Virus record (IMG/VR): IMGVR_UViG_3300000727_000007
Span: 27,921-91,920 of that record
From: a virus
Taxonomy: Duplodnaviria; Caudoviricetes
DNA length: 64,000 bases
Reading direction: 5' to 3' (one strand)
The notes below the pieces were generated by a model. That model worked only from the letters and a program-made list of their open reading frames with translations. It had not been told where the DNA came from and made no database searches. A program made the position numbers and the translations under genes. The stretch's first letter is position 1; each line of letters opens with the position of its first letter. Of this stretch, positions 37,001 through 46,955 are shown piece after piece.

Positions 37001-40000
37001 TTCTTCTACTTGGTATAATCTTTTAACTGAATCTACGTTTTGTGAACCAACAATAGGAGCTAATTGTCTATCGTATTGTCTATTTACTTTAGTATATTTA
37101 TCAGCATATTCTGAAAGCATTTTTTGTCTTTGTTCATTATATGCTCCTTCTGATAGCGTTCCTCTACGTCTTTGCATGATAAGCATTGCTTCTTGTGATT
37201 TTTGTGAAGCGTTTAGAGCTTCGACTCTTGATTTTCTTTGTGCTTCTACTTGGTAAGCATCTGTAAGCATTTGCTCTCTGCCTGGAGTCATCCATCCATT
37301 TTTGCTTGGGTGCATACCCATTATTCTAGCAATGTTTTCACCTGAACCCCATCTCATAGGGCTAACCCATCTTTGAGCTTGGTCAAGTAAATCTCCATTA
37401 TACCATTGTGGTCCGATTTCTTTCCTGAACATTGGTCTGTAAGCAGGATTTTCGCCTCTCAGTCTATATATTTGGCGGTTTGTACCAGCCATTCTGTCAT
37501 ATAGTACTGCTAAAGCTCCACGTGTACCTCTTAGTTCTTTGTCTATTGCATCATAACCAGGAGTTCCTTGTTTCTCTGCTTTTAACCTTTGCATTAATTG
37601 GTCTTCTTGCTGTTCTAAATTACCTGCACGTTTTTTATAAACATCCATTTTTTTAGTTGCAGCGTCCATTTCACGGTTCCAATTACCCCACCATACAGCT
37701 AATCCCATTAAAGCTCCTGCTCCAACAGCAATTGCTGCACCTAAGAATGGTAATGAACCAAAGGATAAAACTCCAATGTCTGCCATCATAGCTTTTATCA
37801 TTGGATGTCCTTCAGCAAAAGTTTTAGATAGTTTTTTAAATTCAGTTCTTACATCTTCAACAAAACCCCAACTTGCAAATTTGGACATAGTTGAATCTTT
37901 ACCTAAGAGATCATCTCTTTTACCTCCTAGATATTCTCTCATTCCTCCTTTGAAAATTCCAAAATCAAAACCTTTAAATCCTTTCATTGATTGTGGGAGT
38001 AAATCTGGTAGGTAATTACGGATTTGGTTAAATTTGACGATAAAAGCTTTACCAAAATTATTTGCAAATTCATCTAGTTGCTTACGGTAATTTCTTGTTA
38101 ATTGCTCACTAACAGTATCTCCAATAGATACTCCTAAGTATGTTATATCGCCATGTTGACCAGCTCTTCCAAAACCAGCGCCAGACCCTATTCTTTTACC
38201 GATTGTGTTGTATAATCCCTGTGATGTAGTAAATCGTTTAATACCTTTTTCAATACCTTCAGCTATTTTATTATATTGAGTCATTACAACTCCGTTAGCT
38301 GGAAGTACATCAAATATAGTCTTTTCATCTAGGGATTTAACTTCAATTTCAAGGTCTTTTAATAATTTATTTCTTTGGGTTTTTAATCTTGAAATTCTAG
38401 CGTTATAGGATTCTCTTTTACTTTTTGATTCATCTACTTTAGCTTGTTGTTTTTGCAGTTTTTCTTGTAATTCTATTACTCTATCTACGGTATCTCTGTC
38501 TTCTTCTGGGTTTATGTTTGCATTTATATCCATTAATCCTTGTAATACAAAATCTGATTTTGTCGCATACTCTTTACCACCAAATTTAGGATAATTTTCT
38601 CTGAAAAACCTTTTATTTAAGTCAGATATTTCCCCTTCTTTCATACGTCCAAGATACATTTTCTGCCATGAAAATAAAGGCTTATTTAACTCATCTCTAT
38701 ATTTTAGATTTATAGTGTTCATTGCATGGCTATATTCTTCATATTGCCTTTCTGCTTCACTCATACCCCATTCTGAATTAGGAGCTCCAACAAAATCATG
38801 TGAATGTTGATCTTTTGGAGTAATTGCTGCATCTCTGTTATTTGATAGCCTTTGTCTCATACCAAAAAGTTCATTCTTAATTCCACGTAATTTCTGGGAT
38901 TCTGTATTGCCGATTCTATCTCTTATGTATTCTAAGTCCATAATTCTGGTACTTAGCATATTAGCTTCAGAAACAATTTTATTTGCTTTGTCTGGTTTAA
39001 ATTCATCCAATATACCAGTAACTGACTCGACATTAACTCTAGCCTGTTGTAAACCACCTTTCATTTTATCAGATAAATTCATATCTTTTAATTGTGGGAA
39101 TTTATCTTGTAAAGTACCATGGGAATACAGGAAATCTCTAATTCTGTGATATGGAGTTGTTGCAAATGAAGGGTCTTTTGTTAATGCTGTTTCTTGCTCT
39201 TCAAGTATAGCTGATTGGTGAGTTATCTCTTTTGATAATGCTTCTTGTCTGTTTTTAACTGCTTCTACACGCTCACTTAATTCTTTTTCTGATCTGGAAC
39301 CAAACCTATAATATTCTAGTGTTTTTTTACCAGTTTTTTCATCTTTCCTATAGTAACGTATTCTTGAACCTTCTTCTGGGTTTACAGCAGATATAGCATT
39401 CTGAATATGCTGTATATTTTTAAGCTCTTCTTCTCCTAATCTCCATTGAGCTATAGTTTCCAAATGAGCTTTTTCCATTTGTCTTGCGATACCTTCATAT
39501 TCAGTTCTGTTAACTTGTTTAACATTTCTCTTATCTAAATTCCTATAAAAGTTGTCTACAGTTCTTCTTGCTTGTTCTAATTGGTTTTCACTAGAATCTA
39601 TAAAATCATTTATCGGTTTATATTGTTTCTGTAAATTTAAAAGTTTTATAACTGCAGATTCATTATAAGTCCTTTTTGACATAGGAGTATTTACTATTTC
39701 ATGATAGGAAGCTGCTCCTTTACCTATGTAAGAAGGTAATATACCATAATCCTCAGATAAACTACCTTTTATTCCTAATTCCTTAAAAAGACTTTCAATT
39801 GCATTATATTTAGCATCCCATACATCTTTTTTATGTGCATAAGATGGTAGACCTCTATATTCTGCCATTAACTCATTTAAATGATTGACAGATTGTGGTA
39901 CTTGTCCTTTAAGGTCGTCTGATAAACCTGCTCTGTTTACTTGTCCTCTTAATACTGGAGAATATTGTGTTCCATAATGCTCTTCTATTTTTTTCTCCCA

Positions 40001-41872
40001 GCCATCACCGAAGAATCTCCAAAATTTTCCACTTCCTTTATAAGCAATAGCTGCGGGGGAATTTTGTTGCAATGAAAGTGTTGTCTCTAATTTCTCTTTC
40101 ATTTCACTTAATTCTTCTAATTTTTTAGTAGATCTATTATATTGTTCAATAAATCCTTCAGCTTCTCTATATTTTGAAATTCCTTTACCGCCACCAGATG
40201 CTACTTCCATATAATTTTTCATTCTGTTGTAAACATCTGTAGCGTCTCTTCCTTCAGTAATTAAGTCAGTGCCTTTTACTTTCTCTCTAAATTGAAGCGC
40301 TGACTTTAATACTTCTGCCTGGAAAGCGGGACTATCTTTATCCCCTGCTACTCTTGATATTTCAGCATATGGACCTTTATCTTTATTTCCAAACATTCCG
40401 CTTAATTTTTTACCTTGCCTTTCAATTTTTAGAATACCTTGTTCCCAACTATCAAAAGGAGATTTATTTAATACTTTATATGTTGTTTGAACTGTTCCTA
40501 AGAGTTGTCCTAGCCTTGTATCGACTTTTTCTATACTTGTAGCAGCTAAATGCCATGCAGCGCCTTTTACCCAAGAAGCAGCTAATATTGCGGCTGATCC
40601 AGCTAGTCCTGTTAGCATAAGTGATAATCCACCAGCTGCTATTTTTGATTCACCAATAGCCATAGCTAACCCTTTACCAAAGTCTAATACCATTGATAAA
40701 GCTGGTAATGTACCTTCGCCTATTGATATTTCAGCAGATTGAACAGCAGATACAAACTGATTCCATTTTTCCTGCGCAGAATTAAGCACACTGCTTAATC
40801 TTTCATTCATATCATAGGTTTTTTCCATTTCTTGGTTAAAATTATGTAATAACCATGTTCCATTTCCTAATTCATCATCTGTAGGGAACAATTTCATATA
40901 TTGTTGCATCATCCTTGGCTCACCGAATTGAGCTAGAACTCTCATCATATCAGCTCTACCTAATCCATGTGCTTTTCCTGCCATTGTCATAGTTTGGATA
41001 ATGTCTTCGAGAGGTTTTAATCTTACTCTTGTACCGTTAGAGGCTTTAACCCAAAAGTCATCGAAGCTCATACCAAGTTCACTTAATGCTTTTTGTGATT
41101 TTGGCATTTCACGTAAAATATAAGTCATAAAAGAACGAATTGATATACCTGCAGTTGAACCTTCTACACCTTTCTGGGATAATGTAGCAACTGCGGCGAG
41201 GGTTTCTTCAATTGACCAATGTTCTTTAGCAGCTCCTCCTACATATTTCAGAGCTAATGCTATTTGTGGGGCTGAAGTAACTGACACGTTTGCTGCGTGA
41301 GCAATAGCTGAAGCATATCTTTCTACGTTAGCATATGAGTCACCAAACAGAGTTGTTGCTGTAATAACATCTCTGATAGCGTCCGCTACGTCGTAACCTT
41401 CAATTTTTGCCAACCTCATACCGTTAGTTAAAACTTTAATCTGGTCAGCAGAATTAGCTATACCTGCTCTTGCAACCATCTGGAAACCACGGGCGATTTC
41501 TGCCGGTGCATCACCGAATTCGACAGCAAGTTTTCTAGCTTGTCCACTTAACTGAGCCATATCCCTTGAGGATATATCACCAATAAGACCTTTAACCATA
41601 GACATTTCACGGTTAAATTCCATAGCTTTTTGGGTCATATCGTAAAGAGCTACACCAGCTACACCACCGGCAGCTAAAACTCCTGCCTGTGCATTTGTAA
41701 AACTAGCATTCAATTGCTGAGTTGCTCTCATACCAACCCCAGTTAAGGTCTGCATATCTGCAGTAATTGCTGCAACAGCCGGCCATGTAAGGTTGGTCAT
41801 ACTTACAATGAAATCCAATCTGTCTGCTTCGTTCATCCCGGATTTTGAACCCGGTTCCATCATTGTTGCCAA
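34043..41872 (-). CDS. tape measure protein (TP901-like core), 2609 aa
   Basis: AMEFNREMSMVKG..., ALKYVG, G.EGSTAG motifs; Ala/Gly-rich amphipathic repeats. Confidence 0.92.
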   Translation of the reverse strand: MATMMEPGSKSGMNEADRLDFIVSMTNLTWPAVAAITADMQTLTGVGMRATQQLNASFTNAQAGVLAAGGVAGVALYDMTQKAMEFNREMSMVKGLIGDISSRDMAQLSGQARKLAVEFGDAPAEIARGFQMVARAGIANSADQIKVLTNGMRLAKIEGYDVADAIRDVITATTLFGDSYANVERYASAIAHAANVSVTSAPQIALALKYVGGAAKEHWSIEETLAAVATLSQKGVEGSTAGISIRSFMTYILREMPKSQKALSELGMSFDDFWVKASNGTRVRLKPLEDIIQTMTMAGKAHGLGRADMMRVLAQFGEPRMMQQYMKLFPTDDELGNGTWLLHNFNQEMEKTYDMNERLSSVLNSAQEKWNQFVSAVQSAEISIGEGTLPALSMVLDFGKGLAMAIGESKIAAGGLSLMLTGLAGSAAILAASWVKGAAWHLAATSIEKVDTRLGQLLGTVQTTYKVLNKSPFDSWEQGILKIERQGKKLSGMFGNKDKGPYAEISRVAGDKDSPAFQAEVLKSALQFREKVKGTDLITEGRDATDVYNRMKNYMEVASGGGKGISKYREAEGFIEQYNRSTKKLEELSEMKEKLETTLSLQQNSPAAIAYKGSGKFWRFFGDGWEKKIEEHYGTQYSPVLRGQVNRAGLSDDLKGQVPQSVNHLNELMAEYRGLPSYAHKKDVWDAKYNAIESLFKELGIKGSLSEDYGILPSYIGKGAASYHEIVNTPMSKRTYNESAVIKLLNLQKQYKPINDFIDSSENQLEQARRTVDNFYRNLDKRNVKQVNRTEYEGIARQMEKAHLETIAQWRLGEEELKNIQHIQNAISAVNPEEGSRIRYYRKDEKTGKKTLEYYRFGSRSEKELSERVEAVKNRQEALSKEITHQSAILEEQETALTKDPSFATTPYHRIRDFLYSHGTLQDKFPQLKDMNLSDKMKGGLQQARVNVESVTGILDEFKPDKANKIVSEANMLSTRIMDLEYIRDRIGNTESQKLRGIKNELFGMRQRLSNNRDAAITPKDQHSHDFVGAPNSEWGMSEAERQYEEYSHAMNTINLKYRDELNKPLFSWQKMYLGRMKEGEISDLNKRFFRENYPKFGGKEYATKSDFVLQGLMDINANINPEEDRDTVDRVIELQEKLQKQQAKVDESKSKRESYNARISRLKTQRNKLLKDLEIEVKSLDEKTIFDVLPANGVVMTQYNKIAEGIEKGIKRFTTSQGLYNTIGKRIGSGAGFGRAGQHGDITYLGVSIGDTVSEQLTRNYRKQLDEFANNFGKAFIVKFNQIRNYLPDLLPQSMKGFKGFDFGIFKGGMREYLGGKRDDLLGKDSTMSKFASWGFVEDVRTEFKKLSKTFAEGHPMIKAMMADIGVLSFGSLPFLGAAIAVGAGALMGLAVWWGNWNREMDAATKKMDVYKKRAGNLEQQEDQLMQRLKAEKQGTPGYDAIDKELRGTRGALAVLYDRMAGTNRQIYRLRGENPAYRPMFRKEIGPQWYNGDLLDQAQRWVSPMRWGSGENIARIMGMHPSKNGWMTPGREQMLTDAYQVEAQRKSRVEALNASQKSQEAMLIMQRRRGTLSEGAYNEQRQKMLSEYADKYTKVNRQYDRQLAPIVGSQNVDSVKRLYQVEEQLKTSEMLLANVMMKLIGAIAALAETIMLPLRLFGLGPDVYSPSTEEGQQPGAENISQSVNSMVSEMQNSIKHIDDIKNAVNSMANGLLYAIYQTNYILDFIGAMLQYTTSPSKWLAGPPNPFPESRESWEKKNKLGLGHRRPWYPEGETSERDKAMKAKMASGDYEPTTGLPYKELTPEDAARIVAANKAKRSKNLSNFDVTLGSEMPDKEGEPSGLKSFLGSLPLIGSLFTPDQSSNVPGADLPYKKVATGLGEGGLKNEDIFQMGATSNAGVTLPTETEQAMNGEGTSVDASGAPQGGVQSPTSSLGGMMDQAAMQGDMMTGGMPVVSGAMNAMKGAGSQGATSAMVDTDTGATDEELAAGATPAPRRTAGTGKFQKEKGPDLLHQVMTKIQGTVEDIHNKITMPSEEKTLQDKINEAKSNDSFIRTLIKTVIPIAAGIIGAEFILRNTSGQSLKNFPFKDMGKAMAADAGDFLGFFKENGILGGINKAGGMAKDWLFGGKPTRMGHHLEPAEKGAIFKAQDFISEKIANFKGSELAEKINKTLGLSTIQKEILADLGKAGKKLGLDKVKNDMQKAWETLMDPEKLWDKAKGIFNSENAGKIAKMLGLDTVKDWGLRQFDKFGEMLGFPNAKESIKKMVQKAKDFIKEGDILPNIYKKAKDKVSPVLKDVWDSMVPEDMDLYTGLKNIGKNINKKLKIGDKLKEGGGKFGDVISDLFGEGDSKILGKIGDKIVGNKYYQKYGPKAVDFMADIGSGAMRGIEGFGGLIQSGVGAAGGFLGRAGGALAGAAEGTALAGIGGAAGGLLSGAGGALAAGAAAIGPIGWAAIGIGAIGLMLAGPLRELVFGQKSQTDEIRKQHEENKKQDKGLLGWMWNMTPWGQVAQAREMKFRQGKGKFQSPLKIYKGFSGDFPDNGKIEFPQLDPDLFKKRAVETGAAMASANGGSGKQLIIEDGAITIYAMTGEDVEQFVYSALEKLARKLED

Positions 41873-41883
41873 TTAAAAACCCC

Positions 41884-42054
41884 CTAAAATAACATTCCTC
41901 TTCCCATTTTAGAAGCGAGCTCTAGTTCCCAGGTTAGACCTGCTTTTAAAAAGTCAATATCATAATGGTCGATCAACCCTAAATCAGATGGTTTACAGCC
42001 CAGTATTCTGCAAACCATATAATCTAGCTTAAAGTCATCGACCCTATCTATAAA
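41884..42054 (-). CDS. tail assembly chaperone -1 frameshift extension (gpGT-like)
   Basis: Slippery A-AAT-TTA at 42057-42051 just before the stop; the -1 frame is open to TAG at 41884 (FIDRVDDFKLDYMVCRILGCKPSDLG...GMLF). Confidence 0.8.
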   Translation of the reverse strand, partial: FIDRVDDFKLDYMVCRILGCKPSDLGLIDHYDIDFLKAGLTWELELASKMGRGMLF

Positions 42055-42524
42055 TTTCTTAATTCATCAATAGCTTTAGCATCATCTACTTCATACTGTA
42101 AAACATTTAGTTTTGTAAGTAATTTTTGTACTAAAGCTAAATCAACGCGTTCCCATTCATCTTGAGTCAATTGTGGTTCCACAATACCTACTTCAAGGAG
42201 TTCATATCCTTGTTTCTGTAATAACTCAAATTCTTCGTCTGTCATCTCTTGAGGGTCTACCATCCCTATCCTTTTCTGTACAGACTGCATTTGTATCCTT
42301 TGTGTTTCATTTAAACGTCTACCTTGGAATACCCTTTCTTCTCCACCTACATTTATAGGGATTGGGTATTTCCTTTCGGTTCTTGCAAATAACCACTCTT
42401 TTGTAGCTGCAATTTGTTTAGCTTCACCTGTTTTTCTTTTAAGGTAGCTTTCTCCTAATTTTCTTAGTTGATCTTCTTCTCTAGCGTCCATTACAGGAGC
42501 TTTTTCTATATTTTCTTCGCTCAT
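42048..42524 (-). CDS. tail assembly chaperone (gpG-like)
   Basis: Between tube and tape measure; GIVEPQLT motif; ends in a slippery heptamer. Confidence 0.8.
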   Translation of the reverse strand: MSEENIEKAPVMDAREEDQLRKLGESYLKRKTGEAKQIAATKEWLFARTERKYPIPINVGGEERVFQGRRLNETQRIQMQSVQKRIGMVDPQEMTDEEFELLQKQGYELLEVGIVEPQLTQDEWERVDLALVQKLLTKLNVLQYEVDDAKAIDELRNL

Positions 42525-43102
42525 AGTTCATCACCTTGTATTGTTTTTTTGTAGTAACCAGAAACGTTCTGGGAGAATGTAATATATCTTGCTTGTCCTT
42601 GTATTTCCTCTGTAACAGGTTTTGTTCCGTCAAAATTACCAAATTGAGCGCTATCAATAACACAGTGGTTTAAAGTCATAACATGCTCTATGTAGTAATC
42701 TCCTATTTTTGCAGCACCGCCATCTCTATTTAATTCTGTACCAGTGTTTACATAAGCCCCACTTGACCGACGCTTGCTAATCTTTTCGGTCTTTTTTTGG
42801 TTCTGCTTTTGGCTTATATCGTACTGGTTAACAAGACGGTATAGTCTTAAATCAAAATCAGTGGTATAAACTGAATATATAAATAACAAGTCGCTCTCAA
42901 AAAATTTGGGCTTCTTGATTGTAAAAGTGAATTTTTTCTTTTGCGGAGCAATATCTATCGGTGCAACAATATCACAAGCGTACCGTGCTGTGTTCTCATT
43001 TTGTACTTGTACGGTAATTTCCTCACATGCAAGTGAATGTAATTGCCCATCTTTACCTTTTAATTTTAAAAATCCTAATTCAAAATAGATGTTATCCGCC
43101 AT
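42521..43102 (-). CDS. second (minor) tail tube paralog
   Basis: Shares EEITV, KK.xFTI+K and FDG.KPV.E.I.G.A with the upstream tube gene. Confidence 0.72.
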   Translation of the reverse strand: MADNIYFELGFLKLKGKDGQLHSLACEEITVQVQNENTARYACDIVAPIDIAPQKKKFTFTIKKPKFFESDLLFIYSVYTTDFDLRLYRLVNQYDISQKQNQKKTEKISKRRSSGAYVNTGTELNRDGGAAKIGDYYIEHVMTLNHCVIDSAQFGNFDGTKPVTEEIQGQARYITFSQNVSGYYKKTIQGDEL

Positions 43103-43113
43103 ATTTTTTCCTC

Positions 43114-43149
43114 AAAAAAAGTAAATAAAAATGGGATGTTATTCCCATT
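43114..43149 (-). terminator. stem-loop plus U-tracts after the major tube gene
   Basis: AATGGGA/TCCCATT stem followed by TTTTTATTTACTTTTTTT on the - strand. Confidence 0.6.
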
Positions 43150-43627
43150 ATACAGGAGCAGATCCACCCGGTCCGCAGACAGGTGTAGTGATCCTTTCCC
43201 CTTTCTTGGTAAACCAAGTAATACGGTAAGCTTTTCCTTCGATATCTTCCTGTACAGGTTTAGAACCATCAAAGTTACCTATTTGTGATTTACTCAATCT
43301 GCAACCTTCAAGTGTTGCCACTTTTCTAGGTTTACACATTTCTTCCCCAACGTTTAAAGCGTAGAGAGTTATATTGAACGCTCTGGTGGATGCGAACCAT
43401 CTGGTTAAAAGCATTCCAGTGTCAGATAAATCTCTTGCTTTCCTAATGGTGAAGTCGATTTTTTTCCTACCCGGTCTGATCATTTTTGCATCAAATGAAT
43501 CAGTGGTGTAGTATTCGGATAGGTCTCTTGTTACATTTACTGTAATTTCTTCAAGACCTATTTCCTTATTGTTATCGAAAACAATTCTACCTAACTCGAA
43601 TATTTGTAATTGGTCTTCTTGTGCCAT
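43148..43627 (-). CDS. major tail tube protein
   Basis: 159 aa, directly after the sheath gene; LEGCRL tube-like strand. Confidence 0.78.
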   Translation of the reverse strand: MAQEDQLQIFELGRIVFDNNKEIGLEEITVNVTRDLSEYYTTDSFDAKMIRPGRKKIDFTIRKARDLSDTGMLLTRWFASTRAFNITLYALNVGEEMCKPRKVATLEGCRLSKSQIGNFDGSKPVQEDIEGKAYRITWFTKKGERITTPVCGPGGSAPV

Positions 43628-43638
43628 CTACATCCCTC

Positions 43639-45360
43639 CTAGTACACCACAATTTTTGCATCTATGATTCTTGCAGCGTGTATAGGTGTGATTGAGATTT
43701 CGGCTAATATTTGACCTTGTTCGCTTTCTGTAGTTGTACCTACAGTTACTACAACGTCATAAGCACTAAGGGCTCCTTCGTCACCCATTACACCTAAGTT
43801 AGACCTTATAGCTTCTTCCAAGTCAGACTGGAAGGTCTCATTCAGGTTTTCACCTAGCATTGAATAACAAGCATCATAAACTGTATATTTAGCGTGGTTT
43901 ATGATCCTCATAACTGCGATTTCATCTTCTTTCTTAATTCCAAGTTCAGCGTATCTTTCCTGAACAGTTGTTACACCTTCAGTAATTTTTACACCGTCAT
44001 CGTCTTTAAGGAAAGTTACACAACCACATTCATTGTAAGCAATCATTTCAGTTCTTGTCGCTGGGCTAGAACCAGTGATAACAAGAGTTTCTGCATCAGG
44101 GTCTTCGTAAATTGGTTCACCAGGAACATCTATAATATCGGTAATAAATTGACTACCGTTTACCATAAGTGCTTTATTTGGCCTTCCACCCCAGATTGCT
44201 GTACTATATTTAGTTGCAGCTATTTTTCCAGCTACTGCCATAGTAGCCATCCTTGGCTGATATTCTACGCCGTTAGTATCAACTATTCCACCAGCTACGA
44301 ATATCATAAGTTCGTTATTTAGAGCTGCTGCATATTTGATTCTTTCCATCATGTTCATGTTTTCATCAGCACCAACAACTGCGAATCTCCATCCGTGTTG
44401 TTCAGGAGTATTCATTTTGGTTACGTGATCAACATAAGGTTGATAGATATCCCCAACACCTTCTATAGGTGCAGATTTTGTTTCATCCTCGTATTGGATT
44501 GATTTTAGACAGAATATACCAGCAATTTCTTTTTGTTCTAAGGCTTTTAACGCTTCTGCGTGAGCTACTTCAGAAGGTGAACTTCCTGCGTCTGCTCCTG
44601 CTTCTTCTCCCATAACCATATCGTCGATTATATCGAACTCTTTTTGTTCGGCTAAGGTTTTTAATTTTGAACCATCAGAACCTGCTGTGTTTCCTGTACC
44701 GGAACCTAATACAGTCCTCATTACATTTTTGTAAGATTGAGAACCTACGTATACTTTTTGACCATTTCCTAATTCCTGTTCCCAGGATTCTGGACTTGGT
44801 GCTGCTCCAGTTTCGCTTCCGGAGGTTACTCCTTGGAAGTATATGTTTACTAAAGTAGATTGGTTATTTACTTTTTCAACCAAGTTCTGAAGTGCGGACT
44901 TATAAGTTCCTGTTGAATCAGGTACAACAGACCTTCTTACGTTTAAGTAATATTCTGTTTTACCATCTTCTTCCTCAATGGTTAAGCTCAATCTCTGTGC
45001 TACACCAGATCCAGAGGATGTAAAGGTTATATAAATCTTGTTAGTACCTGGCATTAAAGAAACAATCTTTGCAACCTTAGCAGGAGTTGCTGCGTTGTCT
45101 AATAAGTAGTGAATAGCTGCGGTTACATCACCATATGCGGCTCTTACACCCCAGAATGGTCCACCACCTGCAGCCCAATAAGCGTCCATGTCAACACCGA
45201 ATGCTTCTTTTAATAAAGCAGGACCGGTGACATACACTGGAACATTAGGAGTTCCTTTTTTACATTCAATAACACACCCCATAGTCTGGTCAGTATCCAA
45301 GACTCTGTTCACAAAGGCATATTCGTGTGTTACGTTTACGTGTGGTACGTTTTTTACCAT
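43639..45360 (-). CDS. contractile tail sheath protein
   Basis: PHVNV N-terminus, KGTPNVPV, GVKITEGVTT, IAVMRI, ITPIHAARII C-terminus. Confidence 0.88.
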   Translation of the reverse strand: MVKNVPHVNVTHEYAFVNRVLDTDQTMGCVIECKKGTPNVPVYVTGPALLKEAFGVDMDAYWAAGGGPFWGVRAAYGDVTAAIHYLLDNAATPAKVAKIVSLMPGTNKIYITFTSSGSGVAQRLSLTIEEEDGKTEYYLNVRRSVVPDSTGTYKSALQNLVEKVNNQSTLVNIYFQGVTSGSETGAAPSPESWEQELGNGQKVYVGSQSYKNVMRTVLGSGTGNTAGSDGSKLKTLAEQKEFDIIDDMVMGEEAGADAGSSPSEVAHAEALKALEQKEIAGIFCLKSIQYEDETKSAPIEGVGDIYQPYVDHVTKMNTPEQHGWRFAVVGADENMNMMERIKYAAALNNELMIFVAGGIVDTNGVEYQPRMATMAVAGKIAATKYSTAIWGGRPNKALMVNGSQFITDIIDVPGEPIYEDPDAETLVITGSSPATRTEMIAYNECGCVTFLKDDDGVKITEGVTTVQERYAELGIKKEDEIAVMRIINHAKYTVYDACYSMLGENLNETFQSDLEEAIRSNLGVMGDEGALSAYDVVVTVGTTTESEQGQILAEISITPIHAARIIDAKIVVY

Positions 45361-45383
45361 TTAATTACCTCCGTTAAAGTAAT

Positions 45384-45593
45384 TTATAACGCTTTTTTGT
45401 AACGTTTTATAAATAATTCATCAAATTTGCGTTGAGTTATTTCATCATCGGCTGACAAGCCGAATCTATTTAAGAATGACCTAAATTTGTAGCTATTAAT
45501 ATCAAAACCAAATCCAGTAGCCATTATTCGCACTGGGAAGGTTGGTTCAGCCACTCTTTTAGGAGCTTTCTTTGCTATTTTAGTTTCTTTCAT
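45384..45593 (-). CDS. small basic tail-associated protein
   Basis: Typical small gene upstream of the sheath gene. Confidence 0.55.
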   Translation of the reverse strand: MKETKIAKKAPKRVAEPTFPVRIMATGFGFDINSYKFRSFLNRFGLSADDEITQRKFDELFIKRYKKAL

Positions 45594-46416
45594 TAATATT
45601 CACCTTCGAAAAAGATTGTCCAATATCAAATGATATAATATCTTTATATTTTGTTACAGTATGTATGACCCATTTAGGGACATCTGGGCCCTCTTCAGCC
45701 CTCTCTTTCTTAGAGCGAACGATTCTTATGGACATGATTCCTCGTGATGCTAATAAATCACCATTATAAAAGGCAAATCCTCCATTATAGATTTGGTCAA
45801 ATGTTATTTTGTCAATAGTAGTTAATGGATTCACTAAAATGCCTGTATCATCTATATACCATGATCCTTCGGTATTAGCCACGTCAGGTGTCTTTATCAA
45901 TCTGTTGCCTGAGTCATAGACTCTGAAAATACCTAAATTACTATGATAATTTGCGTTCTTATAAACATTCCCATCTTGAACCCAACTTGTAAGAGGAGTA
46001 GTTTCTGCGTGTCTTGCAAGTCTAAAACGTTCAAATCTTTCGAAAAGTTTATCTCTAATTTTAAGAGTTTGTGGTGTACTTTCACCATAAATTTCAATTA
46101 CACTTCGTATTTCACGTATTGTGGTATTGCTCTCTGCTCTATGGTACATTAAGTCTCCATGTTCTCCACTAGAAGCGTCACCAGGAGTGTATGTATGGGC
46201 AATCCCCATATCTTTTAAGTCTTCTTCCCAAAATGGGAACAATCTAATCTCTGGATATTCTGCCTTACTTTTGTCCATAACAAAAACAGGCACATTATCG
46301 CTTCCAACTGGAAGATACCAACGCTTATTTAGCTCAGCATTTTCAGGGTGATATTCTCCGCACATTTCACGCAGAGTTTTTGCAAATATTGAACTATCTT
46401 GTATTAATCCTACCAT
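45580..46416 (-). CDS. putative tail terminator
   Basis: YPEIRL motif; neck-module position. Confidence 0.55.
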   Translation of the reverse strand: MVGLIQDSSIFAKTLREMCGEYHPENAELNKRWYLPVGSDNVPVFVMDKSKAEYPEIRLFPFWEEDLKDMGIAHTYTPGDASSGEHGDLMYHRAESNTTIREIRSVIEIYGESTPQTLKIRDKLFERFERFRLARHAETTPLTSWVQDGNVYKNANYHSNLGIFRVYDSGNRLIKTPDVANTEGSWYIDDTGILVNPLTTIDKITFDQIYNGGFAFYNGDLLASRGIMSIRIVRSKKERAEEGPDVPKWVIHTVTKYKDIISFDIGQSFSKVNINERN

Positions 46417-46424
46417 ATAATCAC

Positions 46425-46955
46425 CTACAATGGAATACCACTATAATAAGCTGCCCCAACAGCTAAAAATCCGGCCATTGTTGCAAAACTTGGAAAAACA
46501 GGACGTGATTTACCACTCATACTGCCAATTCCTCGACTACCTCTCCATTCTTTTACAATATCATACGCAAGGTCATCTATTGTATTACGATTTTTACTTT
46601 TTCCTTGTAAAACAGCTAAACTAGCTTTCAAAAGATGATTTGTAGGTTCAGATCGATATATTTCTCCAGTTTCTAATGCTCTTTCTTTTAAATAAGTATA
46701 TCCTCTACTATGTGTTTGATTTGCTTTTACTTTGAGTTCATTTCCTTCAATTTCATAGGAAATGTCTAATTTTTCAATTGTTGTATCATTTGCAGCTAAC
46801 ATTTGCGCTGCAGAACAGATGTCTCTTCCCAATTTATCAAGGGTTCTGCCCCTCATTTTATCTACAACACCGGGAAAAGATGATAAATTAAAAGGGTCTC
46901 TACCTGGCGTAATTTTCCTACCATTAGCCATTGTTGTAATATCTAAAAAACCCAT
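46425..46955 (-). CDS. neck/tail-completion-region protein
   Basis: Synteny; hydrophobic C-terminus. Confidence 0.5.
   Translation of the reverse strand: MGFLDITTMANGRKITPGRDPFNLSSFPGVVDKMRGRTLDKLGRDICSAAQMLAANDTTIEKLDISYEIEGNELKVKANQTHSRGYTYLKERALETGEIYRSEPTNHLLKASLAVLQGKSKNRNTIDDLAYDIVKEWRGSRGIGSMSGKSRPVFPSFATMAGFLAVGAAYYSGIPL

Noticed and set aside
28667-45360. Stand-alone eCIS or tailocin (two tubes, sheath, baseplate)
   Set aside because: Contiguous with terminase, portal, protease and capsid genes, so it is a virus tail.
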